Shown: positions 18,428 to 27,993, counted from the first letter of the stretch. The stretch is 64,000 nt of DNA from a bacterium (GCA_003353795.1 PIVY01000001.1:16932-80931), one strand, 5' to 3'. The notes: generated by a model not told the origin, from the sequence alone. Program-made: numbers and translations.

Positions 18428-20950
18428 TCAGGGCGTGCCCACTAGGTTTCGGTGCAGATCCTGCAGCACCTGGTTGCCCGGCTGCAAGTCCAGGGCGCGG
18501 TCGACCACGCGGCGGGCGAGGTCGCGTCGGTCGTGATCCATGAGGATGGCGGCGGCCACGGTGAGGAGGTCCACGTCTTCCCCGCTTCCCGGCCAGTCGA
18601 GTCCGGCGGCGACCTCGGTGGCGCGCGACGCTTCCCCAGTCTCGCGGTCGGCGTGCAGGAGGAGCCGGCGCTCGGCAGGGGTCAAGCGCCCGGGCCAGTA
18701 TGGCGCCAGGGTGTCACGCGCCATTGCCGGCCGACCGACCAGCATGGCTCCCTGCGCGAGTTTGAGACGGTTGAGCGGGTCGGGATCCTCGTCGTACCTC
18801 TTCTGGAGGTCGGCCAGCACGCGCTCTCTGGATTCCGGATCCATGACGAGCAGGTCGGACAGGTCGCCTGCCGGGCTGCCACCTAAGCGCGCGGCCATCT
18901 GCTCAGCGAGGGAGCGTCGCTGCTCCTCGGGCAGGTCCATGTGCACCGGTGAGGCCGCCATCTGAAGGTCGTACTGCACCGGATCGGTGACCACCTGGGC
19001 CATTTGCGCGATCTGCGGGTTCTCCGGCCACAATTCCTGGGCTCGCAGGAAGTCGCTCTCGGCGCCGTCGCGGAGGCCGGAGCGGTATCGAAGCAGCCCG
19101 CGATTGTAGAGGTAGGTCGGATTGTCGGGGGCCAGGGCCACGGCCCGGTCCAGCGACTCGAGCGCCAGTTCCGGCTCCTTCAGGAACGCCTGGGTCATGC
19201 CCAGGGCCTGCCATCCCACGTGCGCGTCGGGATCGCGCAGAACGAAGGCCTGCAACCAGGGGCGCGCCGCCAACCATGCGTCACGATTGAAGTGGCAGAG
19301 ACCGAGCATGAGGGCGATGTCGGCCGGCGCCGTAGCATCGGATTCCAGGGATTGCCACGCCGCTTCCAGATCGATCTCCGCCGCTGCGTAGTCGGCGGCC
19401 AGGAAGGACATGCGGCCGCGCATGGCCTGGGCCTGGGGCACGAAGAAACCGCGCCGGATGCAGGCGTCGAGGTGAGCCATGGCGTTGTCGCGCAGCATGG
19501 CCTGCTCGCGGGCGCCGTCTTCCACCTGGCTGGCGAGTCCGGCGTTGGCGGCATAGCTCCACAGGCTTCCGGCGGTGAAGAACGTGCCGTAGGTCAGGAA
19601 GTACGGCTGGCCCGTCCCGGTGAGACCGTGCACGCGCGCGATGCCGTGACCCTGGCCGAGTGGTGCGTAGATGAACAGCGGACGGTAGACGGCGCCGCGG
19701 GCCCAGCAGACCTGCGCCAGGTCGTACTCGCCGAGTTGCTCGTAGATCAGTCCCTGGTCCTGCCACCAGCGCGCAGCCAGGCGTGGCTGGAACTCGAGCT
19801 CCAGCTCGATGCGGCCGAGGTCGCGTCGAATCGTTTCCTCGTCGAGGCCGCGGCGCAGCGACAGCCACGCCTTTACCCACTTGCGCAGGTAGGAACTGCT
19901 GCGATGCTCACGGGCCAGGTTGTCGCTGACGGTGTCCTGCCATTTTTCGTTGCTGAGGTGGATCGGTGAGTTCGAATTCGACTGCGTGCCGGTGTCGCGG
20001 CCCATCCAGTCGGAGCCGGGTTGCGTGACGCCGGCGGACCGCATGCGTCGGTAGTATTCCATCCGCTGATTGAACTGCGTCACGTAGGTCTGGTTAGGCG
20101 CCGCCGAGCGCGAAGGCAGGTCCATGAGCGGCAGGTGTTGAACGATATTCCGCGCCGGACCCGTCTCACCCCTCTCGGCATGGACGAGCGCACGGATCAG
20201 CAACGACTCGAGGTAGGGCGCGAGAACCGGCGGCTCCGCATTGTGCGCCAGCTCGCCGTCGTGCCCGGCCAACCAGGCCAGACACCGGTCGTACTCGCCG
20301 GCCTCACGCAGATCCCAGGCGTGGTCGAGGATGGCCTGCTCGCGGTAGAAGAGGAGGCTCTCGGTGCGGTCGGATTCCGCCAGGTGTTCCCAGGCAGCGA
20401 AGAATCCCTCGTGCGCGCGTGTGGCTCGAAGCTGGTCGCCGACGATGCCGCTGAAGTAGGCCAGGTGGTACCAGGCCTCGACGTTGAGCGGATCGTGATC
20501 GAGGGCGAACTCGAGACGGCCCAGTGCCGAGGTGATGGCCTCACCGAATCCCGGCGTCTCCCACATGAGATCGCCGATGTAGTTGACGTCGTTGGCCTGG
20601 ACCTGGTCGCGCAGGTCGGTGGCGTAGTCGGCCACGGCGATGCGAGCGCTCTCGAGCAATTCGTACGATCGATGGGACCGCTCGGCGCGGCGGTGCTCCG
20701 GCAAGGCCAGGAACGGCTCGATGTCGTCGGCCGTGGGGGAGACGCCCTCGGCGAGCGTCTTCAGGTACTCGGCCCACGGATCAGCCGGCTGGCGGTCATG
20801 GAAGAGGTAGCGACTCACCAGGAGGGCCCGGTCGAGGCGCCAGTCGATCCTGTTCCAGTCGAGGATCTCACTGGCAATTGCGGGCGTGGCGACGAATGCG
20901 GCGAAGGACATCGCCACGACGATCGGCGCGAGAAACACACGCGTCTTCAT
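18428..20950 (-). CDS. large secreted TPR-repeat protein (paralogue 3)
   Basis: ATG 20950 follows GGGAGGGAG. Signal MKTRVFLAPIVVAMSFAAFVATPAIA. Core ARWWQDQGLIYEQLGEYDLAQVCWARGAVYRPLFIYAP and PYFLTYGTFFTAGSLWSY. C-terminal TPRs (PDNPTYLYNRGLLRYRSG). Confidence 0.75.
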   Translation of the reverse strand: MKTRVFLAPIVVAMSFAAFVATPAIASEILDWNRIDWRLDRALLVSRYLFHDRQPADPWAEYLKTLAEGVSPTADDIEPFLALPEHRRAERSHRSYELLESARIAVADYATDLRDQVQANDVNYIGDLMWETPGFGEAITSALGRLEFALDHDPLNVEAWYHLAYFSGIVGDQLRATRAHEGFFAAWEHLAESDRTESLLFYREQAILDHAWDLREAGEYDRCLAWLAGHDGELAHNAEPPVLAPYLESLLIRALVHAERGETGPARNIVQHLPLMDLPSRSAAPNQTYVTQFNQRMEYYRRMRSAGVTQPGSDWMGRDTGTQSNSNSPIHLSNEKWQDTVSDNLAREHRSSSYLRKWVKAWLSLRRGLDEETIRRDLGRIELELEFQPRLAARWWQDQGLIYEQLGEYDLAQVCWARGAVYRPLFIYAPLGQGHGIARVHGLTGTGQPYFLTYGTFFTAGSLWSYAANAGLASQVEDGAREQAMLRDNAMAHLDACIRRGFFVPQAQAMRGRMSFLAADYAAAEIDLEAAWQSLESDATAPADIALMLGLCHFNRDAWLAARPWLQAFVLRDPDAHVGWQALGMTQAFLKEPELALESLDRAVALAPDNPTYLYNRGLLRYRSGLRDGAESDFLRAQELWPENPQIAQMAQVVTDPVQYDLQMAASPVHMDLPEEQRRSLAEQMAARLGGSPAGDLSDLLVMDPESRERVLADLQKRYDEDPDPLNRLKLAQGAMLVGRPAMARDTLAPYWPGRLTPAERRLLLHADRETGEASRATEVAAGLDWPGSGEDVDLLTVAAAILMDHDRRDLARRVVDRALDLQPGNQVLQDLHRNLVGTP

Positions 20951-21093
20951 GTTGCTCCCTCCCGGAACTGGACCGGCGACGTTCCTGACCCCGATGACGA
21001 TAGCGACTGGCGACCACCGCGTCCACGCTTGCGCACACCGCCCTTGGCCGCAGCCCACCCCTGGCGTACACTGCCGCGGACAAGGAGGTGACC

Positions 21094-22266
21094 ATGGATC
21101 CGGTCCAGACCGGTCTCGACGTGATCATGGCCGACGGTGCGCAGCGTCTGCGAGGACGCCGCGTGGGCCTGCTCGTGCATCCGGCCAGCGTGGATCGCGA
21201 CCTGCACCACGCGGTGCCGCTGCTGCACGGCGCGCTCGGCCGTGACCTGCGCGCCCTGTTCGGACCGCAGCACGGACTGCGCGGCGAGACCCAGGATAAC
21301 ATGATCGAGTGGGACGGATTCACCGATCCGCTCACCGGCTTGCCGACGCACTCGCTGTACGGCGAGCACCGCAAGCCCACGCCCGCCATGCTCCACGACC
21401 TCGACGTCCTGGTGATCGACCTTCAGGATGTGGGGGCGCGCTACTACACGTTCGTGTGGACCCTGCTCCTGTGCCTGGAGGCTTGTGCCGAGCAGGGCGT
21501 CGCCGTGATGGTGCTCGACCGACCCAATCCCCTGGGCGGTGCGACCGAGGGCAACGTGCTCGACCCCGGATACCGGAGCTTCGTCGGGCTGGCGCCCATC
21601 CCCATGCGTCACGGCCTGAGCATGGGCGAGTTGGCGCATTGGCTGCGCCGCCAATTCCATCTGGATGTGGAACTGGAGGTTGTCGCTGCAAGCGGCTGGA
21701 AACGCAGCGATTGGCACGACACGACCGGGCTGCCCTGGGTCTTGCCGTCGCCCAACATGCCGACCCTGGCCACGGCCACTGTCTACCCCGGCGCCTGCCT
21801 CCTCGAGGGCACCCAGTTGAGCGAGGGACGGGGCACCACGCGGCCGTTCGAGATCCTGGGCGCTCCCTGGCTGGACCCCGAATCCCTGATGGCCGCCATG
21901 GGGCCTCACGATCTGCCGGGCGCCGTCCTGCGTCCCTTGCATTTCGAGCCCACGTTCCAGAAGCACGCCGGCCGCAACTGCGGGGGCGTGCAGGTTCACG
22001 TCACCGATCGCGAAGAATTCCGCCCCGTGCTCACCTACCTCGCCCTGCTCACCGAGATCCACCGGCTCTGGCCCGACCGCTTCGCCTGGAAAGAACCGCC
22101 TTACGAGTACGAGCACGAGAAGCTTCCCATCGACATCCTCGCCGGCGGCCCCGAATTGCGCGCCGTCGTGGAAGAGGGCCGCGATCCGCGCACCGTGGCC
22201 GACCGCTGGCGTAACGAGGCCCGCGCCTGGTCGATTGCCGCCGCCGAGAGCCGCCTCTATGACTGA
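21094..22266 (+). CDS. DUF1343-family protein (NamZ-like exo-beta-N-acetylmuramidase candidate)
   Basis: GLDVIMADGAQRLRGRRVGLLVHPASV...LFGPQHGLRGE...TGLPTHSLYGEHRKP...DLQDVGARYYTF...VLDRPNPLGG matches the DUF1343 pattern as I recall it. AGGAGG lies 5 nt before ATG 21094. Confidence 0.8.
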   Translation: MDPVQTGLDVIMADGAQRLRGRRVGLLVHPASVDRDLHHAVPLLHGALGRDLRALFGPQHGLRGETQDNMIEWDGFTDPLTGLPTHSLYGEHRKPTPAMLHDLDVLVIDLQDVGARYYTFVWTLLLCLEACAEQGVAVMVLDRPNPLGGATEGNVLDPGYRSFVGLAPIPMRHGLSMGELAHWLRRQFHLDVELEVVAASGWKRSDWHDTTGLPWVLPSPNMPTLATATVYPGACLLEGTQLSEGRGTTRPFEILGAPWLDPESLMAAMGPHDLPGAVLRPLHFEPTFQKHAGRNCGGVQVHVTDREEFRPVLTYLALLTEIHRLWPDRFAWKEPPYEYEHEKLPIDILAGGPELRAVVEEGRDPRTVADRWRNEARAWSIAAAESRLYD

Positions 22267-24124
22267 CCTGCGCGGCATGGTCCTGGCAGCGGGCCTCGGC
22301 ACGCGCCTCAGACCGGTCACCGACTACCTGCCCAAGCCCCTACTGCCGGTGGCCGGCACGCCCTTGCTCGATCGTGCGGTGACCGCGCTCACCGACGCCG
22401 GCATCGACCGTGTCGCCGTCAACGCCCACCACCGCGCCGACCGCATCGAGGCCCATCTGCGCCATCGGCCCGACCGCCATCGATTCCACCTCAGCGTGGA
22501 GACCGAAATCCTGGGAACGGCCGGCGCTCTGCATGGTGCGCGTGCCTTCCTCGCCGCCGCGAAACAGTTCGTGATCTACAACGGCGACGTGCTCTGCGAT
22601 CTCGACGTCGGCGAACTGGTCGCTGCCCATCGTCGCCACCCTGCACCGGCCACCCTGGCGCTGGTCGACTGGCCGGCTGTCAACAGCGTCGTCCTCGGCG
22701 CCGGCGGCATCGTTCGCGACCTCGCCGGGCGGCTCGGCGTCTCCGATGGGCCCGACGATCGCACGCTCACCTTCACCGGCATCGCCTGTTACGACCGCTC
22801 CCTTCTGGACCGCGTCCCCGACGGCGCCGGCGACCTTGTCACCGTTCTCGTCGACCTCATGCGAGCGCAACCCGACGCGGTGCGCGCCCACGTCCACGGC
22901 GGCGCCTGGGAAGACCTGGGAACCCTCGAACGCTACCTCGACGCCCACCGCCGGATCCTGGGGCCGGGATTCCTGAGCGTCGGTCGCGGCGCCGAGATCG
23001 GTGCCGATGCGCAACTCTCCGACTGCGTCGTCCTTCCCGGGGCCGTGGTGCCCGGCGGCGCCACCCTGGATCGCGCGGTCCTGGGCGCCGGCTGGGCCGT
23101 GGTCGAGCGCCCCGACGCCAACGGTGAACTGGCCCTGGCCGCTCGCGCCGGCTTCGACAGCAGCACGCAACTCGACTGGATCACCGGCCATGGTAGCGAG
23201 CGCCGCTTCGTCCGGCTGCGGCAGGGCGATCGACGCGCCGTCCTCATGAGCGTTCCACAGTCCGACCCGGACCACGACCGATTCCTCGCCATCGCCGGCT
23301 TCCTCTACGATTGCGGCCTCGGCGCTCCCGCCGTCCTGGCCCACGATCCCCGTCGCCGCACCGTGCTGCTGGAGGATCTGGGCAAGGACACCCTGCAGAC
23401 TCTGGTGGGCGCCAGCCCTGCTCGCGCCGGCCTGCTCTACGACCAGATCCTCGACCGCCTCGCCGATCTGCAGACCTTCGGCGCCGAGTCCCGCACGCTC
23501 TGCCCTCCGGCCTGGAATCGAACCTTCGATGCGGACCACCTGCGCTGGGAGACCGACTATTTCCGCGAGCGCTTCCTGGTGGGACATCTCGGTTTGCCGG
23601 CCTCGGAACTCGAGGCGCTCACCCCCGAGTTCGATGCCCTGGCCGCGGCCTGCCTCCGTCAGCCGCGCACCCTGGTCCACCGCGATTTCCAGTCGCAGAA
23701 CATCCTGGTGAAGGACGGCGTGGTGCGATTGGTCGACTTCCAGGGCATGCGCTGGGGACCCATGGCCTACGACGTGGTCTCGTTGCTGCTGGATCCGTAC
23801 GTGGACCTGGATGCGACCCTCGTAGACGGCCTCCTGGCAGGATTTCCGGCCCGGGTCGCCGCGCGCGGCGGTCCGGTCATCGCGGCCGACGACTGGCAGG
23901 CCATGGTGGTCGCCGCCGCTCTACAGCGCCTGATGCAGGCCCTGGGAGCCTACGGATTCCTGGGCCACGTCCGCCGACGTCCGCAATTCCTCGAATCCAT
24001 TCCCACGGCCCTCGCGCGCCTCGGCGAACAGGTCGCGCAGATTCCTCGGGTTGCCGGCTGCGCTGCGTCCCCGCCGCCCATGCCCAATCTCGCCGATCTC
24101 CTTTTCCAGAAATCGATTCGCTGA
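22259..24124 (+). CDS. fusion protein: N-terminal sugar-1-phosphate nucleotidyltransferase (MurU-like) plus C-terminal aminoglycoside-phosphotransferase-fold sugar kinase (AmgK-like)
   Basis: N-terminus MVLAAGLGTRLRPVTDYLPKPLLPV (NTP-transferase G-loop). C-terminus GSERRFVRL...LVHRDFQSQNILVKDGVVRLVDFQGMRWGPMAYDVVSLL (APH/ChoK-type catalytic loop). The start overlaps the upstream stop by 8 nt. Confidence 0.75.
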   Translation: MTDLRGMVLAAGLGTRLRPVTDYLPKPLLPVAGTPLLDRAVTALTDAGIDRVAVNAHHRADRIEAHLRHRPDRHRFHLSVETEILGTAGALHGARAFLAAAKQFVIYNGDVLCDLDVGELVAAHRRHPAPATLALVDWPAVNSVVLGAGGIVRDLAGRLGVSDGPDDRTLTFTGIACYDRSLLDRVPDGAGDLVTVLVDLMRAQPDAVRAHVHGGAWEDLGTLERYLDAHRRILGPGFLSVGRGAEIGADAQLSDCVVLPGAVVPGGATLDRAVLGAGWAVVERPDANGELALAARAGFDSSTQLDWITGHGSERRFVRLRQGDRRAVLMSVPQSDPDHDRFLAIAGFLYDCGLGAPAVLAHDPRRRTVLLEDLGKDTLQTLVGASPARAGLLYDQILDRLADLQTFGAESRTLCPPAWNRTFDADHLRWETDYFRERFLVGHLGLPASELEALTPEFDALAAACLRQPRTLVHRDFQSQNILVKDGVVRLVDFQGMRWGPMAYDVVSLLLDPYVDLDATLVDGLLAGFPARVAARGGPVIAADDWQAMVVAAALQRLMQALGAYGFLGHVRRRPQFLESIPTALARLGEQVAQIPRVAGCAASPPPMPNLADLLFQKSIR

Positions 24125-24135
24125 GATTCAGATGA

Positions 24136-24156
24136 CGGACAAGTTCTTGTTGTCCG
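24136..24156 (+). terminator. weak hairpin after the MurU-AmgK-like gene
   Basis: CGGACAA-gttcttg-TTGTCCG sits 12 nt after stop 24124. The stem is short and there is no U-tract. Confidence 0.25.
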
Positions 24157-24251
24157 GGGTTGCCAAGGCGCCATCCTGCTGATTATGTGGCAACGATCCG
24201 TTCGTGCCGCGTTGCCGGCGCCGCCGACCATTCCAACCGGGTGTGCCGACC

Positions 24252-25826
24252 ATGTCTCATCGCGACGACCTCTTCCCCCGCAGCAGCGGCGTCATCCTGC
24301 ACCCCACCAGCTTGCCCGGCCCTCACGGCATCGGCGACCTGGGACGCAGCGCGCACCGTTTCGTGGACTGGCTCGTTGCGGCGGGTCAGAGCCTGTGGCA
24401 GGTGTTGCCGCTGGGCCCCACCAGCTACGGCGACTCGCCCTACCAGACGCTCAGCGCTCTGGCGGGCAATCCCCTGCTCATCGATCTCGACGGTCTCGTG
24501 GAGGAGGGTTGGCTCACGGAGAGCGACCTCGCTGAGCGACCCTCGTTTCCCGCCGACCGCGTCGATTTCGGCTCGGTGATTCCGTGGAAGTTCGACCTGC
24601 TCGACCGTGCCTGGGAACGCTTCCGGGATACCGCACGACCCGCCGACCGCTCGGCCTTCACGGCCTTCCGCGATCAGCAGCAGAAGTGGCTGCGCGAGTT
24701 CACGGTATTCATGGCGCTCAAGGACGAGCAGGACGGCCGACCCTGGCCCGAGTGGCCCCTGGGACTGCGGTCCCGTGACCCCGAGGCACTGGCCGAGGCG
24801 GCCGGTCGTCTGTCCGACCGTATCGCCGCCCACGCCTTCCGGCAGTGGGTCTTCGATCGCCAGTGGCAGCGACTGCGCCAGTACGCCAACGTGCACGGCG
24901 TGCGGCTCATGGGTGACCTGCCCATATTCGTGGCTCACGACAGCTGTGACGTCTGGGCCCGGCCGAAGCTCTTCCACCTCGACACGCACGGCCGCCCGAC
25001 CGCGGTGGCCGGCGTTCCGCCCGACTACTTCTCCGCCACCGGCCAGCTCTGGGGCAATCCCCTCTACGACTGGCGCGCCATGGCCCGCGAGGACTACGCC
25101 TGGTGGGTGCGCCGCATCCGCTGCTGCCTGCGTCAGACCGATCTGATACGCATCGACCACTTCCGCGGCTTCGAATCCTACTGGGAGGTGCCGGCGGGCG
25201 CCGCGACCGCGGTGGACGGTCAGTGGGTCCGGGGCCCGGGACTCGGATTCTTCGAGGCCCTCCGTCGACAGCTGGGATCGTTGCCCATCGTGGCCGAGGA
25301 CCTGGGCGTGATCACCCGCGAGGTGGAGGAACTGCGCGACGCCTTCGACATGCCCGGCATGAAGGTTCTGCAGTTCGCCTGGGGCGAGCCGCGCAATCCC
25401 TTCCAGCCTCACAATCACGTGCAGAATTGCGTGGTCTATTCCGGCACCCACGATAACGATCCCACCAACGGCTGGTGGGGTCTGGAGTGCGACGACGAGA
25501 CCAAGAACCGGGTGCGGGATTACGTGGGGCACGGGGTGTCGGAGGCCAACTGGACCCTCATCCGCATGGGAATGCAGTCGGTGGGGCACACCTTCGTGAT
25601 GCCCATGCAGGACGTGCTGGGGCTGGGGCGCGAGGGCCGCATGAATCGGCCCGGCGCCGAGAGCGGCAACTGGGATTGGCGGATGCCGGAGTGGGCGCTC
25701 GATCCGGGACACCCCACGCGTGAACGCCTCGCGCACCTGACCTGGCTCGGTCGGCGCCAGCCCGATCAGCGGCGGTCGTTGTACGACGACCAGGCTGACG
25801 GCGGGGGCGTCGACGCGGCGAACTGA
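24252..25826 (+). CDS. malQ: 4-alpha-glucanotransferase (amylomaltase, GH77)
   Basis: RSSGVILHPTSLPGPHGIGDLG, WQVLPLGPTSYGDSPYQ, IRIDHFRGF, IVAEDLG and YSGTHDNDP are the classic MalQ blocks. Confidence 0.92.
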   Translation: MSHRDDLFPRSSGVILHPTSLPGPHGIGDLGRSAHRFVDWLVAAGQSLWQVLPLGPTSYGDSPYQTLSALAGNPLLIDLDGLVEEGWLTESDLAERPSFPADRVDFGSVIPWKFDLLDRAWERFRDTARPADRSAFTAFRDQQQKWLREFTVFMALKDEQDGRPWPEWPLGLRSRDPEALAEAAGRLSDRIAAHAFRQWVFDRQWQRLRQYANVHGVRLMGDLPIFVAHDSCDVWARPKLFHLDTHGRPTAVAGVPPDYFSATGQLWGNPLYDWRAMAREDYAWWVRRIRCCLRQTDLIRIDHFRGFESYWEVPAGAATAVDGQWVRGPGLGFFEALRRQLGSLPIVAEDLGVITREVEELRDAFDMPGMKVLQFAWGEPRNPFQPHNHVQNCVVYSGTHDNDPTNGWWGLECDDETKNRVRDYVGHGVSEANWTLIRMGMQSVGHTFVMPMQDVLGLGREGRMNRPGAESGNWDWRMPEWALDPGHPTRERLAHLTWLGRRQPDQRRSLYDDQADGGGVDAAN

Positions 25827-25836
25827 CCGTCGACGC

Positions 25837-26193
25837 CTAGGCTCCCCGTGCTTGCTCGAGGCTGTCGCAGAAGTTCGCGAACTGGTGCAGGTGCAGGAAC
25901 TCGAGGACCTTGCGATTGCGGTCGCTCAGGCCCACCAGGGACAGCGCGCCGCCCTGGTTGCGCGTCGACGTGAGCATGGCGGCGAGGATGCCGGCGCCGG
26001 CACTGTTGATCATCTCCACCGCGGACATGTCCAGGATGATGAACTTGAGGCCGTCCTGGACCCGGTCCCGGGTCTCGTCCAGCAGTGCGTAGCAGGCCGG
26101 CGATCCGATGAGCTTCCCCTTGAGAGTCACGAGTTGCTCGTCGCGTCCGGGGTCGGTGGCGACGGTGGTCTTCAGGTTAGGCTTCAGAGTCAT
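25837..26193 (-). CDS. STAS-domain protein (anti-sigma-factor antagonist-like)
   Basis: 118 aa. ...LKFIILDMSAVEMINSAGAGILAAMLTSTRNQGGALSLVGLSDRNRKVLEFLHL is the SpoIIAA/STAS pattern, including the 'INSAG' phospho-Ser region. Confidence 0.8.
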   Translation of the reverse strand: MTLKPNLKTTVATDPGRDEQLVTLKGKLIGSPACYALLDETRDRVQDGLKFIILDMSAVEMINSAGAGILAAMLTSTRNQGGALSLVGLSDRNRKVLEFLHLHQFANFCDSLEQARGA

Positions 26194-26268
26194 GCGTGAA
26201 CCCTCCGGGGTCGAGATCGTTGTCGGGTCGCGGGATCATAAGGGTACCGTCGTCCCGGTGGCAAGCGG

Positions 26269-27342
26269 CTAGCGTGCGGAACTCAGACCGTCCAGCCGCT
26301 CGGCCAGCCGCCGCCCGGCCAGGGCATTCCCCGCCGCCGTCCAGTGGCCGTCGACAGGGTAATAGAGGTCCGCGATGCTGTCGGCCTTCAGTTCGATATC
26401 GGGGCGTAGATCGAGCCACGCGAATCCTTCGCGGTCGAGGAAAGCCGCCAGTTCGGACTGTCGGCGGACCGGTTCGCCGCTGCCCGGCAGGGCGGGAACG
26501 GGCATGACCAGCAGCGCGGTGCCGCGGCCTTCGCAGGCGGCTCGCAGTTCCTTCAGCAGCGCCTCGGTGAGGGCTCGTTCGTGCCGCCACACCTCGGCGT
26601 CCACAGCACCGTCGGCGGCCTCGCGTTCGAGGCGGCCGTGGTGGCGTCGGGCATACCACTGCCGCAGCCGATTCAGGAAGTGGGAGCGCGCGAACCATGT
26701 GTCGTATCCCGGCAGGGCGCGCAGCTTGCGGAGCCAGCGCAACGAGCGGGTCTCGGTGGCCGGGTGCTGCACGAGGGAACTGTCGGCGGCGAGGGTGAAC
26801 AGGCCGCCCTTGGTGTTGTCGGTCCAGTCGTTGATGCAGAAGGCCAGGACCACCACGTCGGGCCCGTATTCGTACCCGGTGAGTTCGTACCACGCCAGTT
26901 GCTCGGCGGTGCCGGTTGCCACCACGCCGGCGTTGATCACCTCGACGTTCTCGCCGAGGCTGCGGTCGGCCACCTTGGCGAACGTCTCGTCGCCGTGTAC
27001 GCCCAGACCGCAGGTGAAGGAATCGCCGATGCAGAGCACGCGCGGTATGGAGTCCGAGCCCGCGTCGGCGAACTCGCGGTCCTCTCGTAATCCGCCGCCG
27101 TTGGTGTGGATCTCCATGGTGAATTCCGGGCAGCGAACGAAGCCGGACGCATGGGGTAGCTGCCGGATGCGGCACACGGGATCGAAGGTGTTGGGGATCA
27201 GTTCGAACCGCTGTTCGGGCATGAGCAACCGGGTCCCGAACTCCAGGCCCGCGACCACCAGGGTCAGGGAGAACAGGAGCTTGGCCGCCACCGTGGCGGC
27301 GCGGCGCAGGCGGCGATGCGCGGCGGCGTTCCCGGGATGCAT
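26269..27342 (-). CDS. membrane-anchored SGNH-fold protein of the AlgX/AlgJ ('DxHW') type
   Basis: ATG 27342. N-terminal anchor VAAKLLFSLTLVVAGLEF. Block I VLCIGDSFTCG. C-terminal YYPVDGHWTAAG (Asp-x-His-Trp as in AlgJ/AlgX-like O-acyltransferases). Confidence 0.7.
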   Translation of the reverse strand: MHPGNAAAHRRLRRAATVAAKLLFSLTLVVAGLEFGTRLLMPEQRFELIPNTFDPVCRIRQLPHASGFVRCPEFTMEIHTNGGGLREDREFADAGSDSIPRVLCIGDSFTCGLGVHGDETFAKVADRSLGENVEVINAGVVATGTAEQLAWYELTGYEYGPDVVVLAFCINDWTDNTKGGLFTLAADSSLVQHPATETRSLRWLRKLRALPGYDTWFARSHFLNRLRQWYARRHHGRLEREAADGAVDAEVWRHERALTEALLKELRAACEGRGTALLVMPVPALPGSGEPVRRQSELAAFLDREGFAWLDLRPDIELKADSIADLYYPVDGHWTAAGNALAGRRLAERLDGLSSAR

Positions 27343-27438
27343 GGTTGCCTTCCGGCGAGGGTCCGTCGATACTCTCGACGCATGAGCATAGGGCAGGTCG
27401 GGCGACGGCGCCCGCCTTCTTTTAGGACCGGGAGTCCC

Positions 27439-27993
27439 ATGTCCACGGCGAGTCGACAGGTCTGGAACTGGCGCGACGACACACCCACGCGGCGGCGTGA
27501 GGCGGCCGTCGCGCGCCTGCGGCGAACCGGTCTGGTAGGGGGCGTGGTGGCCCTGGTCGCGGGCACCGTACTGAACCTGGTGCTGGGCCACGTGATCGTA
27601 GGGCGGTTGCTGGTTACCCTCGGCGCGCTGCAGACCATGGCTGCCCTCTGGCGGCCGCACTTGCTCGCGTCGCCCTTGCGATGGCTGCAGCGCTTCGGCC
27701 AGCTGGTCGGCGCCGGGCTGGCCTGGTTGCTGTTGACGCCGCTCTGGCTGCTGGTCTTCGTGCCCGTCGGCTGGTGGCTGCGCCTACGTCGGCGTGATCC
27801 CCTGCACCGCGCACCGCTGGCGGCCGGGCTGACGGCCTGGATCCCACGGCGCCGGTCTTCCGATGCGGCATCGGCGGCGCGCCAGTTCCAGGACGAGGAC
27901 CGCGAGGCCCGTGAGCTCGAACGTCCCGAGTGTGCCTTGCCTGCGCCGGAACTCCTGGCCGAGGTCGACGACGCCGGAGGTCCGTCGGCGTGA
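27439..27993 (+). CDS. SxtJ-like small membrane protein
   Basis: Two hydrophobic hairpins (GLVGGVVALVAGTVLNLVLGHVIVG; LVGAGLAWLLLTPLWLLVFVPVGWWLRLRRRDPLHR) resemble the SxtJ family. Its stop overlaps the carbamoyltransferase GTG as GTGA. The start is uncertain (27439 versus 27382). Confidence 0.55.
   Translation: MSTASRQVWNWRDDTPTRRREAAVARLRRTGLVGGVVALVAGTVLNLVLGHVIVGRLLVTLGALQTMAALWRPHLLASPLRWLQRFGQLVGAGLAWLLLTPLWLLVFVPVGWWLRLRRRDPLHRAPLAAGLTAWIPRRRSSDAASAARQFQDEDREARELERPECALPAPELLAEVDDAGGPSA

Noticed and set aside
20947-22320. 457-aa minus-strand ORF across the DUF1343 gene, and the 324-aa plus-strand ORF 21309-22214.
   Set aside because: These are alternative frames of the same region. 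Only the 21094-22266 frame gives the DUF1343 motif series.
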